From: an uncultured Clostridia bacterium
GTDB taxonomy: Bacteria; Bacillota; Clostridia; TANB77; CAG-508
Assembly (NCBI GenBank): GCA_944393505.1
Contig: CALYAK010000005.1
Coordinates: 14,946-78,945, forward strand
DNA length: 64,000 bases
Direction of reading: 5' to 3'
The position numbers and the translations under genes were made by a program. This document shows, one piece after another, positions 39,238 to 50,608 of the stretch; the first letter of the stretch is position 1; every line of letters starts with the position of its first letter. The notes beneath the pieces were generated by a model that saw only the letters and a list, made by a program, of their open reading frames with translations, was not told where the DNA came from and made no database searches.

Positions 39238-40386
39238 TTATACAATCGCACACACTTTTTCTTCCTTCTTTTTAAAATCTTTAAATTTTCTATGTAATAG
39301 CTTTTGTAATTTTTCATATAAAAATCGGAAAATTAATGGTAAAAAGATAGCTGCAATTGAATAAATAATATGCGATTGAGCTATTCCAGCGGTATAACTA
39401 TAATATATAGTACTCTTAAATCTCTCTACACTAAATCCTTCTAAATTTAATATTGGAGAAAGTTTCCATATCAATAGATTTAGCATAAAAACCACAAATA
39501 GATGATGTAACATGATATCATAAGTATGATTGCTTATATAATTAACTATCTTACTTTTCCCTAATGCTGGTACCAGTATTTCAGATATCTTAAGCCAAAA
39601 TAAAATTCCCGTAATACTAACGATGATTGGAGTAATTAGTATTTTATTTTCAAATTCCATAAAAACTACAGTATAAGGAACTTTTCCTTCAAGTTTTATG
39701 AAAATAAGTTGTACAAGAATAAGTATTAAAAAATAAATAGCATTATTTATTTGAAACTTTCCTTCTATCTTTGTTTTATAAACATACCCTAACTGATAAA
39801 AAAACAAAAAGAATCCTGTTCTAAGCAAAGGAAGATAATATTGACTTATATCCTTCTGTGCAAAAAAGATAGAAACGATTGAGATAATCAAAAAGAAAAA
39901 TAAAGCTAATACATCGTTCCATATTTTAGCCATTGAAGCTAGTTTCCTTATTAAAATATAAATAATACTTACTAAAAATAACGCAAGCAAAAACCACGAA
40001 GCTAAATTTAACATATATTGATGTCCCCCTAGCCAAGGACTTATAAATAGCGATCTAAAATTAATTGATACCCCATATGAAATAACATTGAGTTTTCTTA
40101 AAATAGTAACAATAATTCCATATATAACATTCCATATAAAGTACGGAATTACTAATTTTTTTACTTTCTTTAAGAGATATCCGTTTTTTCCCCATAATTT
40201 GTTTTCGTTTTGAGGATTATAAAAATATCCAGAGATGAAAATGAATAAAGCCATATGAAAAGAATAATATGGAAATATATCACTAGCTAGTCTGATAGGA
40301 TCTCCAGTGTGTCCTAATACAACCATTATTATTCCGAAAAAAGATAATAACATCATCTTCTTGTTACTTTTAACTTTAGTATTCAA
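39238..40386 (-). CDS. Acyltransferase family 3 membrane protein (O-acetyltransferase type)
   Basis: 382 aa polytopic protein. The N-terminal LSFFGIIMVVLGHTG histidine motif is typical of acyltransferase_3. Confidence 0.8.
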   Translation of the reverse strand: MNTKVKSNKKMMLLSFFGIIMVVLGHTGDPIRLASDIFPYYSFHMALFIFISGYFYNPQNENKLWGKNGYLLKKVKKLVIPYFIWNVIYGIIVTILRKLNVISYGVSINFRSLFISPWLGGHQYMLNLASWFLLALFLVSIIYILIRKLASMAKIWNDVLALFFFLIISIVSIFFAQKDISQYYLPLLRTGFFLFFYQLGYVYKTKIEGKFQINNAIYFLILILVQLIFIKLEGKVPYTVVFMEFENKILITPIIVSITGILFWLKISEILVPALGKSKIVNYISNHTYDIMLHHLFVVFMLNLLIWKLSPILNLEGFSVERFKSTIYYSYTAGIAQSHIIYSIAAIFLPLIFRFLYEKLQKLLHRKFKDFKKKEEKVCAIV

Positions 40387-40499
40387 TTTAGTTTCTCCCC
40401 TTTTAGATTCTTATGTAGTATTTTCGATACTTTATTTAGTTTTAAATTCATTACTTCTGAGATTTTAAAATTATAAAAGTGTCACATATCTTTTCTTCT

Positions 40500-41045
40500 T
40501 TATTTTAAATTATTTTTTACACATTGTAAAGCTTCAGCAATTACTTTGTCCATGTCAAAATATTTGTATTGTCCAAGTCTTCCTCCAAAAATAACATGAG
40601 AATCGTTTTTAGCAAGTTCTAAATATCTCATATAAAGAATTATTCTTTTCATTATTAATGGTATAATATGGTTCTTTTTCTTTGTTCCATTGATCTGGGT
40701 ATTCTCTTGTAATTACAGTTTTAGGTGTTATTTGTGTTGAGTCAAAATGTTTGTGCTCAATAATACGTGTATATGGAATCTCATATTCGGTATAATTAAC
40801 AACCGCATTTCCTTTTCAAATCGTAAGCTTCTATATTCCAACTCTCCATATTGAATTTTGCAAATTGATTAATATATTTCCAAACTTCTTCATTAGAAGT
40901 TTGGAAATATATGCACCATACTTATGTACTTGTATTCCTTCAACATTTTCTGTATAGATATTTCCGGCAATATGATCTCTTTTTTCAATAACAAGTACTT
41001 TCTGGCCTCTTTTCTTTGCTTCATAAAGTTTGTAAGGAATAATCT
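40500..41045 (-). pseudogene. glf: UDP-galactopyranose mutase remnant (multiple frameshifts and deletions)
   Basis: Minus-strand fragments: EAKKRGQKVLVIEKRDHIAGNIYTENVEGIQVHKYGA, VNYTEYEIPYTRIIEHKHF, PKTVITREYPDQWNKEKEPYYTINNEKNN, and VIFGGRLGQYKYFDMDKVIAEALQCVKNNLK* (stop 40500-40502). No ORF of 60 aa or more survives. Confidence 0.75.
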
Positions 41046-41124
41046 AATGAATGGGCAAAACAAAATTTACAATCTAATATTCATCCTTTAAAAGGTTGAA
41101 ATTTTGATTTTTAATCATCTTCCA

Positions 41125-42549
41125 TTACGAGTTTTGTTTTCGTTTTGATAGTAAAACTTCAGTAATATATTTTAAATTAAGAGAACTGTATATAGTCACT
41201 CCTAAAATAACTTCAACTATAATCATAACTAAGTTATTTTCTATGAATTGACCTATAAATTGTATGCTTATAAACATAATTAATCCAGAAAAAATAAAAT
41301 ATAAAACTGGCTTTAAAAAAATTTTAAAATTAATTTCTTTTCTTGATAAGAAAGATTGCAAAATAGTAATTAAAACCTCAGAGCAAACAGTTGCTATACA
41401 AGCTCCTAACGCAGCAAATTTAGGAATTAATATTACGTTTATTACCAAATTTAATAAAGCTCCCAAGATAGTTGTGCTTATATAGATATTATCATTTTCT
41501 TTTGGAATTAACCATTGAGTTCTTATTACATTCGCCCATGCAGTAAAAGGTATTGTAAAAGCTAATAATTTTATTAAATTTCCAGAATGACTATACTCGT
41601 CTCCTAAAAAGAATACTGCGAATTCAGATCCAATTGCAACTAACCCCAAAAAACAAGGTATAGCTAAAAATATGATAAATTTTATTGCTTTAAATAAATA
41701 ATCTTTTACTTTTTCGAATTCCATGTTAGCTACTAAATTTGAAATTTTAGGTAGCATAACTGTTCCTAATGCTGTAATAAATCCTATTGGAATATTTATA
41801 ATTTTTTCAGCATATTCATAATAAGCTACCTCTTCTACCGAACTTAATAGCCCTATCATAATTTTTCCCATTATTTTATAGACTGAGTATGATATTACTG
41901 GAATAAATAAGATTATAATTCCTTTAATATGCTTTCTTATGTCTTTGTTGTTTAATTTTAATCCCTTAAATATAATATATTTTTTTATGCTTACCCACAA
42001 TACTAATTGACTAATCAACGAACTTAAAGCCATAATCGCAGTATACAAATACAAATCATTTTTACTCTTTACAAAAATGAATATTAAAGCAAGTGATATT
42101 ACTTTAACCAAAATATTTCTTGTAACAGTTTTTTTAAATTCTTCTAAACCAAAATATAACCAGCTAATATCCAATAATGTAGATAACAAAAAGATAACTT
42201 CTATAACGCTTATTATGAAATATTCTGAAATAAAAATACAATATAATATATATATTATAATCGAAATGGCTGTAAAAATAAACTGTAATCGATAAATCGA
42301 TAAGAATTCTTTAGAAAGCTGTTCTTTCTTATCTTTATTCTTAGCAATTGTTCTATTTCCGTAGTTACTAATTCCTAACATTGCAAATATCATAAAATAA
42401 TTTACAATAGAATATGTATACGAATAAATTCCGTTTCCTTCTACCCCCAAAGTTCTAGAGACATAAGGTACAGTCATTATTGGCAAACATAAATTTAATA
42501 ATTGGTAAGCAATATTATATAACAAATTTTTTTTAAGCTTTGTTATCAT
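41125..42549 (-). CDS. Oligosaccharide flippase (Wzx/MOP superfamily)
   Basis: 474 aa, about 12-14 TM segments. The N-terminus YNIAYQLLNLCLPIMTVPYVSRTLGVEGNGIYSY is typical of polysaccharide biosynthesis flippases. Confidence 0.8.
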   Translation of the reverse strand: MITKLKKNLLYNIAYQLLNLCLPIMTVPYVSRTLGVEGNGIYSYTYSIVNYFMIFAMLGISNYGNRTIAKNKDKKEQLSKEFLSIYRLQFIFTAISIIIYILYCIFISEYFIISVIEVIFLLSTLLDISWLYFGLEEFKKTVTRNILVKVISLALIFIFVKSKNDLYLYTAIMALSSLISQLVLWVSIKKYIIFKGLKLNNKDIRKHIKGIIILFIPVISYSVYKIMGKIMIGLLSSVEEVAYYEYAEKIINIPIGFITALGTVMLPKISNLVANMEFEKVKDYLFKAIKFIIFLAIPCFLGLVAIGSEFAVFFLGDEYSHSGNLIKLLAFTIPFTAWANVIRTQWLIPKENDNIYISTTILGALLNLVINVILIPKFAALGACIATVCSEVLITILQSFLSRKEINFKIFLKPVLYFIFSGLIMFISIQFIGQFIENNLVMIIVEVILGVTIYSSLNLKYITEVLLSKRKQNS

Positions 42550-43687
42550 TATTAATTCCTCTTAGTAATGTATTTTGAGAAAAGTTTTTCATATTAGCTA
42601 ACTCTTCTTCATATTTCTTATAGTTGACTTCTTTTAGATAATCAAAATCTTCATTATAATTTGATGGTATAAGTCTATCCGCTATACACAGTTGATTAAT
42701 TAAAGTTCTTACTCTATCATCATCCCCATACATTTCCCCATTTTTAATTACCCAAAATTTTTTCTGATAAATTGTAGAAAAAATGGTTCCATGAAAGGAT
42801 GTCGTTATAACAAGTTCGGCATCACGAATTAAAGATAAGTATACACCAGGATTTTGCTTTTTTGGTAAATAAAAATTAGAAAAATTCATCAGTTTTAAAT
42901 AATAACTTCTTGGATTCCAAGCAATTACTCTCAATCCATACTTTTTAGAAATTTTGTTAACTAGTTTGTTTATTTCTGGTTTATATGATGGAGAATAATA
43001 AAAAATATATTTTCCAGAAATATTTTCATCATAAGAATCCTCTATTTTTTGATAATCTTCTCTTTCTAATAAAAGTGTCGGATCAAGAACAACAGGAACA
43101 TCAATATTTAAAATTTCCTTAAGCCATTTTTTACCATTTTCTTCTCTTATAGTAAGAAGCGAAAAATCGTTTAAGTATTCTATATATTTTCTCATTTCTT
43201 CTTCCGAAAGATAGTTTGACATTTTTTTTGCTCCAAAGCTAGGAGCATAAGCTATTTTTTTACAATTTGATACAAACGGTAAAAAATATGATTCATCAAA
43301 ATCATCAATTGTTACATTCCAAACTTGATCACTTCCGCATATGAATATTTCATAATTGAATTTATAGTCTTTCAATTCTTTTATCATAGAAAATTTAGCT
43401 TTAGATAGCTTTAGATTATCATGGATAAACTTTTCATAATTTTTATATGTATTCTTTAATATTTTTCTTCTCGGCAACAAAACTATATTTTTTAAAATAT
43501 TTTTTATTGAATTGTTTTTAAATACTATTTTATATAATTGTTGTTGACCATCATTCGAATAATTAATGACTTCAACGTCAAAATTATTTTTTATTAAAAA
43601 TCTTTGCAAGGCATAAGCTTGTAAAAAAGAGCCACAATTGTGAGATGCATGAAATGTTATAATTCCTATTTTTTTCAAAAAAATCAA
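42533..43687 (-). CDS. Polysaccharide pyruvyl transferase family protein
   Basis: 384 aa. The N-terminus IGIITFHASHNCGSFLQAYALQ and the C-terminal TTSFHGTIFS are both typical of this family. Confidence 0.7.
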   Translation of the reverse strand: MIFLKKIGIITFHASHNCGSFLQAYALQRFLIKNNFDVEVINYSNDGQQQLYKIVFKNNSIKNILKNIVLLPRRKILKNTYKNYEKFIHDNLKLSKAKFSMIKELKDYKFNYEIFICGSDQVWNVTIDDFDESYFLPFVSNCKKIAYAPSFGAKKMSNYLSEEEMRKYIEYLNDFSLLTIREENGKKWLKEILNIDVPVVLDPTLLLEREDYQKIEDSYDENISGKYIFYYSPSYKPEINKLVNKISKKYGLRVIAWNPRSYYLKLMNFSNFYLPKKQNPGVYLSLIRDAELVITTSFHGTIFSTIYQKKFWVIKNGEMYGDDDRVRTLINQLCIADRLIPSNYNEDFDYLKEVNYKKYEEELANMKNFSQNTLLRGINNDNKA

Positions 43688-44664
43688 ATCCTTTCTACCC
43701 TATATTTTTCTTTTGGTTTCTTTAGCAAATTTTTTATTTTAAATAAATGAAAAATAAACTTGTACATTTTTTTGTGTATAAAAAACAATAATATTCTCTT
43801 GCTTATTGTAAAATACTTTAAATATTTAAACTGTTCTTTTAATGTATTTATGTATTTTTGGTTCTCTGTTAACTGCTTTAAGTTATTCTTATTGTATTTT
43901 TTTTCATAGCTATATCGATCAAAAAATACAAGCCATGCATTTAAAATGCTTACTTTTTGTATGTATTCTAACTTATCATTTTTAACTAATTTTAGTAATT
44001 TTTCTAGTTCTTTTTGGTATACATTGTCTGAATTTAAAAACTTAATATTGTATCTATTAGTTGCTGAAGAACTATTAATGTAGTAATTATATATATTTTC
44101 ATTTATAAGTGTAATGGTTTTAACCTTAATATAATATTCTAAATTGAAAAGGATATCTTCTCCGTTAATTATATCAGTATGAAATTTAATATTTTCTTTT
44201 CTTAGTTCTTCCGTTAAATATAATTTTGACCAAATACAAGATAAATGCCCTTCTGAATTTAATCCTGTTATTCTTTTTATTATTTCTTGAGAATCTATAT
44301 TTTTAATATTTTCACTTGAAAATACAACAAACTTATTTTCTGGAATCATTTGTTTTTCTACTATTCTTGACCATCCGCTGGACAAGAAGTCGTCTGCATC
44401 AACGAACATGATCCACTCGCCAGTAGCTTTATTTATTCCACAATTTCTAGCTTCTGACACTCCTTTATTTTCTTGGCTAATTATTTTTATCTTTTCTTTA
44501 TATTTTTTTAGAAAAATTTCTAATATTTCAAGAGAATTGTCTGAAGATCCATCATTAATAGCTACAACTTCATATTGAAAATTAGGAATGTCATTAAAAA
44601 TACTTTCTAAACAATTTGAGAGTGTTCTTTCTGAATTGAAAATAGGAATAATTATACTAAGCAT
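43684..44664 (-). CDS. Glycosyltransferase family 2
   Basis: LSIIIPIFNSE..., DGSSDNS, and FVDADD (DxD). Confidence 0.85.
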   Translation of the reverse strand: MLSIIIPIFNSERTLSNCLESIFNDIPNFQYEVVAINDGSSDNSLEILEIFLKKYKEKIKIISQENKGVSEARNCGINKATGEWIMFVDADDFLSSGWSRIVEKQMIPENKFVVFSSENIKNIDSQEIIKRITGLNSEGHLSCIWSKLYLTEELRKENIKFHTDIINGEDILFNLEYYIKVKTITLINENIYNYYINSSSATNRYNIKFLNSDNVYQKELEKLLKLVKNDKLEYIQKVSILNAWLVFFDRYSYEKKYNKNNLKQLTENQKYINTLKEQFKYLKYFTISKRILLFFIHKKMYKFIFHLFKIKNLLKKPKEKYRVERI

Positions 44665-44665
44665 T

Positions 44666-45625
44666 TTATATCACCCTATTCTTTATAAATTTTAAAAATT
44701 TTAATAGTTTAAAACATCTATTTGATATTAGAATATATAATTTTTGTTTAAACGATATTTGCTTAGAAGTCATAATTTCTTTATAATACTTTTCTATACT
44801 TTTTTTTATTTTTATATATATCTCTGTATTTTTACATTTTGTAACTTTATATTGTTGTTTTTGTTGTATTGAGAGTTTTAGATATTCATATTTATAAAAA
44901 ATTAAATTTTCTAAAGATTTTTCCTTAACTATTTCTAAAACTTTATCATATGCATAAATTTCTGAAATTTTCTTCTCATTGTATGTAGAATTATATGCAC
45001 TTTTAGGATTTTGATAGTAATTATATAAGTATTCATTTAAAATAGAAATCCTTTTTACATTCTTTGCAACCTTTACGTTGAACAATAAGTCTTCACCTAT
45101 CGTAATTTCTGTGTCAAAATAAATATCATTTAATATTGATTTTTTATACATTTTGTTAGTTACAAACCCTTTTGCTCCTCCTGTCAATGCTTTATAGTAC
45201 TCTTCTTTTGAAAGAATTTTAGTTTCTAGCTGCAAAGGTCTTTCTATTTGATTTGAATACTCATAATTAACATTTACAACACATATCTCTGTATCATTTT
45301 TTTTACAACTATCATACATTTTCATAATAAAATTTGGGTCAACATTATCATCGCTGTCGATAAAGGAAACATATTCTCCAGTTGCAATCTTCAATCCTAA
45401 ATTTCTCGCATTGGAAACACCTTTGTTGGTTAATCTTACTAATCGAATTCTCCTGTCTTTTTTTTCGTATTCTTCACAAATTTCTCTGCTAGCATCTGTT
45501 GATCCATCATCTAGCAAAATAATTTCTAATTCTTTATATGTTTGATTAACAACACTTTCTATACACTTTTTTAAATATATTTCTGAATTATATATAGGTA
45601 TAATAATTGATATTAGCACAGACAC
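44666..45625 (-). CDS. Glycosyltransferase family 2
   Basis: ISIIIPIYNSE..., DDGSTDAS, and FIDSDD. Confidence 0.85.
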   Translation of the reverse strand: MSVLISIIIPIYNSEIYLKKCIESVVNQTYKELEIILLDDGSTDASREICEEYEKKDRRIRLVRLTNKGVSNARNLGLKIATGEYVSFIDSDDNVDPNFIMKMYDSCKKNDTEICVVNVNYEYSNQIERPLQLETKILSKEEYYKALTGGAKGFVTNKMYKKSILNDIYFDTEITIGEDLLFNVKVAKNVKRISILNEYLYNYYQNPKSAYNSTYNEKKISEIYAYDKVLEIVKEKSLENLIFYKYEYLKLSIQQKQQYKVTKCKNTEIYIKIKKSIEKYYKEIMTSKQISFKQKLYILISNRCFKLLKFLKFIKNRVI

Positions 45626-45629
45626 TTTA

Positions 45630-46719
45630 TTAACCCTCCTTGTTAAAAATAGTTGTATAATCTCTTACTTGATTTGCATCAGACAATACGAAAGCTTTAA
45701 CAAAGTATACACTATACATAACTAAAATTATTGAAATTATTGTTATAAATATCTTTTTTGTTACAGCAGGATTGTTTTTTAATAAGAACACATTATATGG
45801 AATCGTAATTATTTGAAAGAAATCAAATATTTGTTCTAATCTGTATGCTTGAGATAAGTTAAACGAAAAAATACAAATAATTACGGATATTAACTGTAGC
45901 TTTAAATAGAAATTATATTTTAAATCAGTCTTTGAATAGTTTTTATAATTAAACAAAAATACTAAAAATAAAACTGTATTTATAATTAACATTGAATATA
46001 GTGGATCAACAACCATTTTGTCACTAACAAAATAATTATTATATGAAGTCCAACTCAATAAAAATCCTAAAATATCACTTATAAAAAATGATACTCCTAT
46101 TGCACCAACCAATATAATTAAGATTTTTCTTATATCTAGTTTTAAGTAGTACAAAGGATAAAAAAGTAAAAATATTAAACTACTCTTATGTATTGACGTT
46201 GCAATTAAAACTGTAATAAGAAATTTTATTGGTTTTTTTTCTTCTACAAATCGCAATGTTAAAAGTCCTATTGCAACAGCCATATAATTTCTCATTCCAT
46301 TCATTGTTAATAAGAATGCACCTGACAAGAAAAAAATACATATACTTAACCATTTTATTTTAGATGTTTTATATATTACATAAAAAGTTATAAAAGTAAT
46401 AATAGCTGATCCTACTGTAAATAATATCACTGAGTTCTCAGATAACTGTGCTAATATAATAACTAAAATACTAAATCCGAATTTCATACTTTTGCGTTAA
46501 AAATTCGAATTCATTAAACCTATCACCATATATAGCGACATTTTCAAAAGTTGGACCATAGTTTAACCAAGTATCAATACCAACATTATATCGGATTGAC
46601 GGGATGATGAAAAATGGTAAAACAGATAAGACTAAAAATAGATTTTTTTGATTTTTAAATTTTACAGATAAGTAATAAAATAGCAATGTGAGAAAGAATG
46701 CCACAAGATATATTACCAT
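45630..46719 (-). pseudogene. EpsG family polymerase (Wzy-like), split by a frameshift
   Basis: ORF 46471-46719 holds the N-terminus (..IRYNVGIDTWLNYGPTF..). ORF 45630-46487 continues it (KFGFSILVIIL... multi-TM). The break is at the run at 46490-46493; one base fewer gives ..FLTQSMKFGFSIL. Confidence 0.6.
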
Positions 46720-46807
46720 TTTTATCTCCTCCTTTGTTTTATTTTTAACATCTATTTTTTATATTTCTATACTTTCATTATTTCTACTTTCGAATAACTA
46801 TTAACTG

Positions 46808-47865
46808 TTACTCTACTTTTTGTAAAGTTTTTCTAATATTTTGAATCTTCTTACATCCAATATTAAATGCATGTTGATAAATATATGAAATAATAATAGT
46901 TAATATAAATGATACGATGAACAACCTAAATGAAGAGAATCCTTTAACCATTAAAATATTGATAATTACCTGATGCCATAAAAAGAATTCCATTTCATAT
47001 TTAGCAAAATATAGTATTAATTTATTTGAAATAAGTTTTGAAATAAAACCTTCTTCAAACGCATATATAAAAATTAGAATTAATCCAATAAAAACATAAA
47101 TTCCCCTATACCAAATTTCATTATATTTTATAGTAAGAAAAACATATGTGATGAGACTTAATAGCTCAAGAGCACTAAAAATTATAAATCGATTTTTAAT
47201 ATTTTTATCAGATAATTTATCTTTTAGTTCTGAAAAACATGATCCTACAATACAAGCAAGAAAATATTCTATCATTCTTATCAGCGGGTAGGAATGTAAA
47301 CTAAATGATAAAATTCCTGGAAATTGAATACGAGCATATTCCAAAAATAGACGAATAATCAAAATAGCAATAAATAAAATGCATTTTTTCTTTTTATCTA
47401 ATTTAGATAAAATACTCATAATAAAAGGGGTGCAAAAATAACAAAATAATAGGGCTGACAAGAACCAAGAAGCTCCATTAAAGGTCCCCGTACACTACGA
47501 TTGGACAAGTAGTATATTTAAAAGCCCCATTGTCATTAATGCTCCGTTTAAAATATAACCTTTAAATTTAATCAAGAAAATTAAAGCTATTAACATCGTA
47601 ATTATATATAAAACATAAAATTTCTTTATGCGTTTCGTCACAAATCTTATCGCTTCGTAAATCGTCCCTTGAAATCCAACATAGCTATAATTATAAGCAT
47701 ACAAAAACCGGAACATATAAATAATATTTCACAGGCACGAGCTCCTAAATCTGGGTAAGATAACAATTCGCAATGCCATATAAAAACAGCAAGCAAAGCC
47801 AACACTTTAAATGCAGTTAGAGAATTAATCCTAGGCTTATCCTTATTGCCATCTTGTTTTTCCAT
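46808..47865 (-). pseudogene. Acyltransferase family 3 gene broken into three ORFs
   Basis: ORFs 47647-47865 (..LTAFKVLALLAVFIWHC..FICSGF), 47495-47716 and 46808-47461 are colinear pieces of one membrane acyltransferase. Confidence 0.6.
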
Positions 47866-47916
47866 AAAATCTCCCCTCTCATATTTTATATATACACTTA
47901 CTAAAATTATTTTTAC

Positions 47917-49011
47917 TTATTTGTCAGAATTTGTTGTGTAAAAATTTTGTATAAAACTGACCATTGTTTTTATATTATATTTTGAATCTTTGACAGCATC
48001 ATATATATTTTCTCGATCGTATTTTTCAAAATTTAATATATTTTCTTTCCATTCTTCTATATTTTTCTTCTTTATTCCTAAAAACTTCGTTAATTGACTA
48101 ATTTTTACTTCTTTTGTTATAGCACTTGAAAATAGGCATCTTAATCCAGAAACTTGAGCTTCTATTCCTACAACAGGTAATCCTTCAAAAAAAGATGGAA
48201 GTATAAAACAATCCATTGCTTGATATAATTTATTTGCATCTTTTACTACGCCTAAAAATTTAACATTTGATTCTATATTTATCTTTTTTACATATAATTT
48301 TATTTTTTCAATCAAACTTCCGTCTCCGGCTAATAGTAATACTGCTGATTCATCTACCTTTATTACTTCTTTAAAAACATCAATTATATATTTATGATTT
48401 TTTTGCAATTCAAATCTTCCGATATGACCTACTACCAATTTATTCTCAATATTTAATCTTTCTCTCTCTTGTTTTCTTGTTTCTGAATTAAATCGATATA
48501 ATTCCATATCTATTGCATTAGGAATAACTTCAAATTGACGTTTTCCAAAAAGAAACTTTCCTGCTTCGCTAGAGCAAGCAAAATTATGCGTACTTATATA
48601 TTTCAGCGGCTTAATTAGAACAGATTTGATAAAGCCTTTTATATTTTTTTCAGTATTTGAATTATGACTATGCGCAATTCTTACTTTAACACCATTCTTT
48701 TTAGCAATAAAAAAATTTATAAACCCAATGCTACTCATATGGCAATGAATAATTTTATATTCTGGATGCTCTTTATAAAAGGAATTTAAATCAGCCATAT
48801 ATTTAAAAATATTATTGTCGTCTCGAAGTGTCATCCTATATATCTTCCCACCCAATTTTTCTATTTCGTCATCAAAATGTTTTCGTTCTTTGTAATGAAC
48901 TAGAAAATCAAATTGAATACTTTCACGGTCTATTTTTCGATAAATATTCATAATAAAATTCTCTAATCCACCTGCTTGCATATTAGGAACGATCTGTAAG
49001 ACTCTTATCAT
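47917..49011 (-). CDS. Glycosyltransferase family 4 (GT-B, glycos_transf_1)
   Basis: 364 aa. The N-terminus reads VLQIVPNMQAGGLENF. The C-terminus has FILPSFFEGLPVVGIEAQVSG (EX7E-type motif). Confidence 0.85.
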   Translation of the reverse strand: MIRVLQIVPNMQAGGLENFIMNIYRKIDRESIQFDFLVHYKERKHFDDEIEKLGGKIYRMTLRDDNNIFKYMADLNSFYKEHPEYKIIHCHMSSIGFINFFIAKKNGVKVRIAHSHNSNTEKNIKGFIKSVLIKPLKYISTHNFACSSEAGKFLFGKRQFEVIPNAIDMELYRFNSETRKQERERLNIENKLVVGHIGRFELQKNHKYIIDVFKEVIKVDESAVLLLAGDGSLIEKIKLYVKKINIESNVKFLGVVKDANKLYQAMDCFILPSFFEGLPVVGIEAQVSGLRCLFSSAITKEVKISQLTKFLGIKKKNIEEWKENILNFEKYDRENIYDAVKDSKYNIKTMVSFIQNFYTTNSDK

Positions 49012-49852
49012 TTTTTTTTAGTTCTCCTGTTCTCTTTTTTCGTAATAATTTTATATAAATATATTTTCTTATACAGTTAGGCAAAAGGCAAACTATAGTA
49101 TGAGACACACACCCTTTTAAATAGTTTCCAAAAGAAAAATAACCATCTTTTAGCTGGATAGTTTTAAATTTTAGCATGGTTTTAAGATATTTTATTCCAC
49201 CACGTCTTTTATAAAAGTCTTCCCCTATTCTCATTGAAACTAATGGTTCTTGTATATTATAACATTGACATCCATTTTTTATCATTCGTATATAAAGATC
49301 ATAGTCTTCGCATAAATAAAAATCTTTGTAATTTCCAGCATTGATTACTTCACTTTTTTTATATAATAAAGATGGATGTCTAAAAGGACACCTAGTCTTA
49401 GAAAATTTCACGATTTCATCATTTGTTCTTGGCAATTCAACATAACTGACAACATTTGATATTTCTCCATAAAATTCATCAACATTTGTTCCAACCATTC
49501 CTAAATCTGGCTGTTCTTCAAACATTTTAAATTGTTCCTCTATCCTTGTAGGATAGCTATAATCATCTGAATCCATTCGTGCAACATATTCGTATTTACA
49601 TTCTCTAATTCCTATTGCTAATGCAATTCCTAGTCCTTGATTTTTTTCTAATCTAATGATATGAAATAAGCTGCCATATTCTCTTTCATAAAATTTTATT
49701 ATTTCTTCTAATTCTTCTGTTAATTTTCCGTCTTCGACAATAACAAAATCTGCGGTTGGGACTGTTTGTGCCAACATGCTCTCTATACTATATTTCAGCC
49801 AATCTGGTTTTTCCTTATAATAAACACTCATTAAGACGCTATAATTTTTCAT
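48983..49852 (-). CDS. Glycosyltransferase family 2
   Basis: YSVLMSVYYKE, and ARMDSDD (DxD). Confidence 0.8.
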   Translation of the reverse strand: MKNYSVLMSVYYKEKPDWLKYSIESMLAQTVPTADFVIVEDGKLTEELEEIIKFYEREYGSLFHIIRLEKNQGLGIALAIGIRECKYEYVARMDSDDYSYPTRIEEQFKMFEEQPDLGMVGTNVDEFYGEISNVVSYVELPRTNDEIVKFSKTRCPFRHPSLLYKKSEVINAGNYKDFYLCEDYDLYIRMIKNGCQCYNIQEPLVSMRIGEDFYKRRGGIKYLKTMLKFKTIQLKDGYFSFGNYLKGCVSHTIVCLLPNCIRKYIYIKLLRKKRTGELKKNDKSLTDRS

Positions 49853-50608
49853 TTATACAGCACCCTCTCTTTTTAGAACTCTCTTAATTGTTTTTAAAAT
49901 AATCTTTAAGTCTCTTCTATTTCCTCGTCTACTGCAATATTCTTCGTCTAATTTTAGTCTGTCTTCAAAAGATAGATTCGCTCTTCCAGCAACTTGCCAC
50001 GGACCTGTTAGTCCAGGCTTCATTTTGATAATGTAGTCATAGTATTCACCCATATCTTCTTTTTCTCTTGGAAGATATGGTCTTGGTCCCACTAAACTCA
50101 TCTTTCCGATCAAAATGCAAAAAAACTGTGGCCACTCATCTAATGAAGTTTCTCTTAGAAATTTACCGGTTTTGGTAATACGCGGATCATTCTGTAATTT
50201 CTTGTTGATCTTAAATTCTTCTGCTGCTTCTGGATTTTCTTTTAAATATTTTTCTAAGACATCATCAGCTCCGATTACCATACTTCGGAATTTATAAATT
50301 CGAAAGATTTTTCCGTTTTTTCCAATCCTTAATTGTTCATAAAAAATTGGTCCATTTTCTTTGTTAATCAAATTTAGTACCCAAACAATAATTGTTAAAG
50401 GAATTAAAAGTAAAGTACCAACGATTCCCGCCAATAAGTCAATAGTCCTTTTTAAGACAAGACTAATGAAATTCCTGACTGTTCTTTGTGCGATCTTTTC
50501 ATCGTGTTCTTGGTTCTTTCTTCGAAAATCAGCAATTTCTTCTTCCCCCATACTATTCAATTGCTCAAGAAGATTTTTTTCATCAATATTTTTTAAACTT
50601 GCATTCAT
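49853..50608 (-). CDS. Initiating sugar-phosphate transferase (bacterial sugar transferase, EpsL/WbaP C-terminal type)
   Basis: GPIFYEQLRIGKNGKIFRIYKFRSM...DEWPQFFCILIGKMSLVGPRP. The ATG at 50608 has a GAGGA RBS (the track ORF extends to 50680). Confidence 0.85.
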   Translation of the reverse strand: MNASLKNIDEKNLLEQLNSMGEEEIADFRRKNQEHDEKIAQRTVRNFISLVLKRTIDLLAGIVGTLLLIPLTIIVWVLNLINKENGPIFYEQLRIGKNGKIFRIYKFRSMVIGADDVLEKYLKENPEAAEEFKINKKLQNDPRITKTGKFLRETSLDEWPQFFCILIGKMSLVGPRPYLPREKEDMGEYYDYIIKMKPGLTGPWQVAGRANLSFEDRLKLDEEYCSRRGNRRDLKIILKTIKRVLKREGAV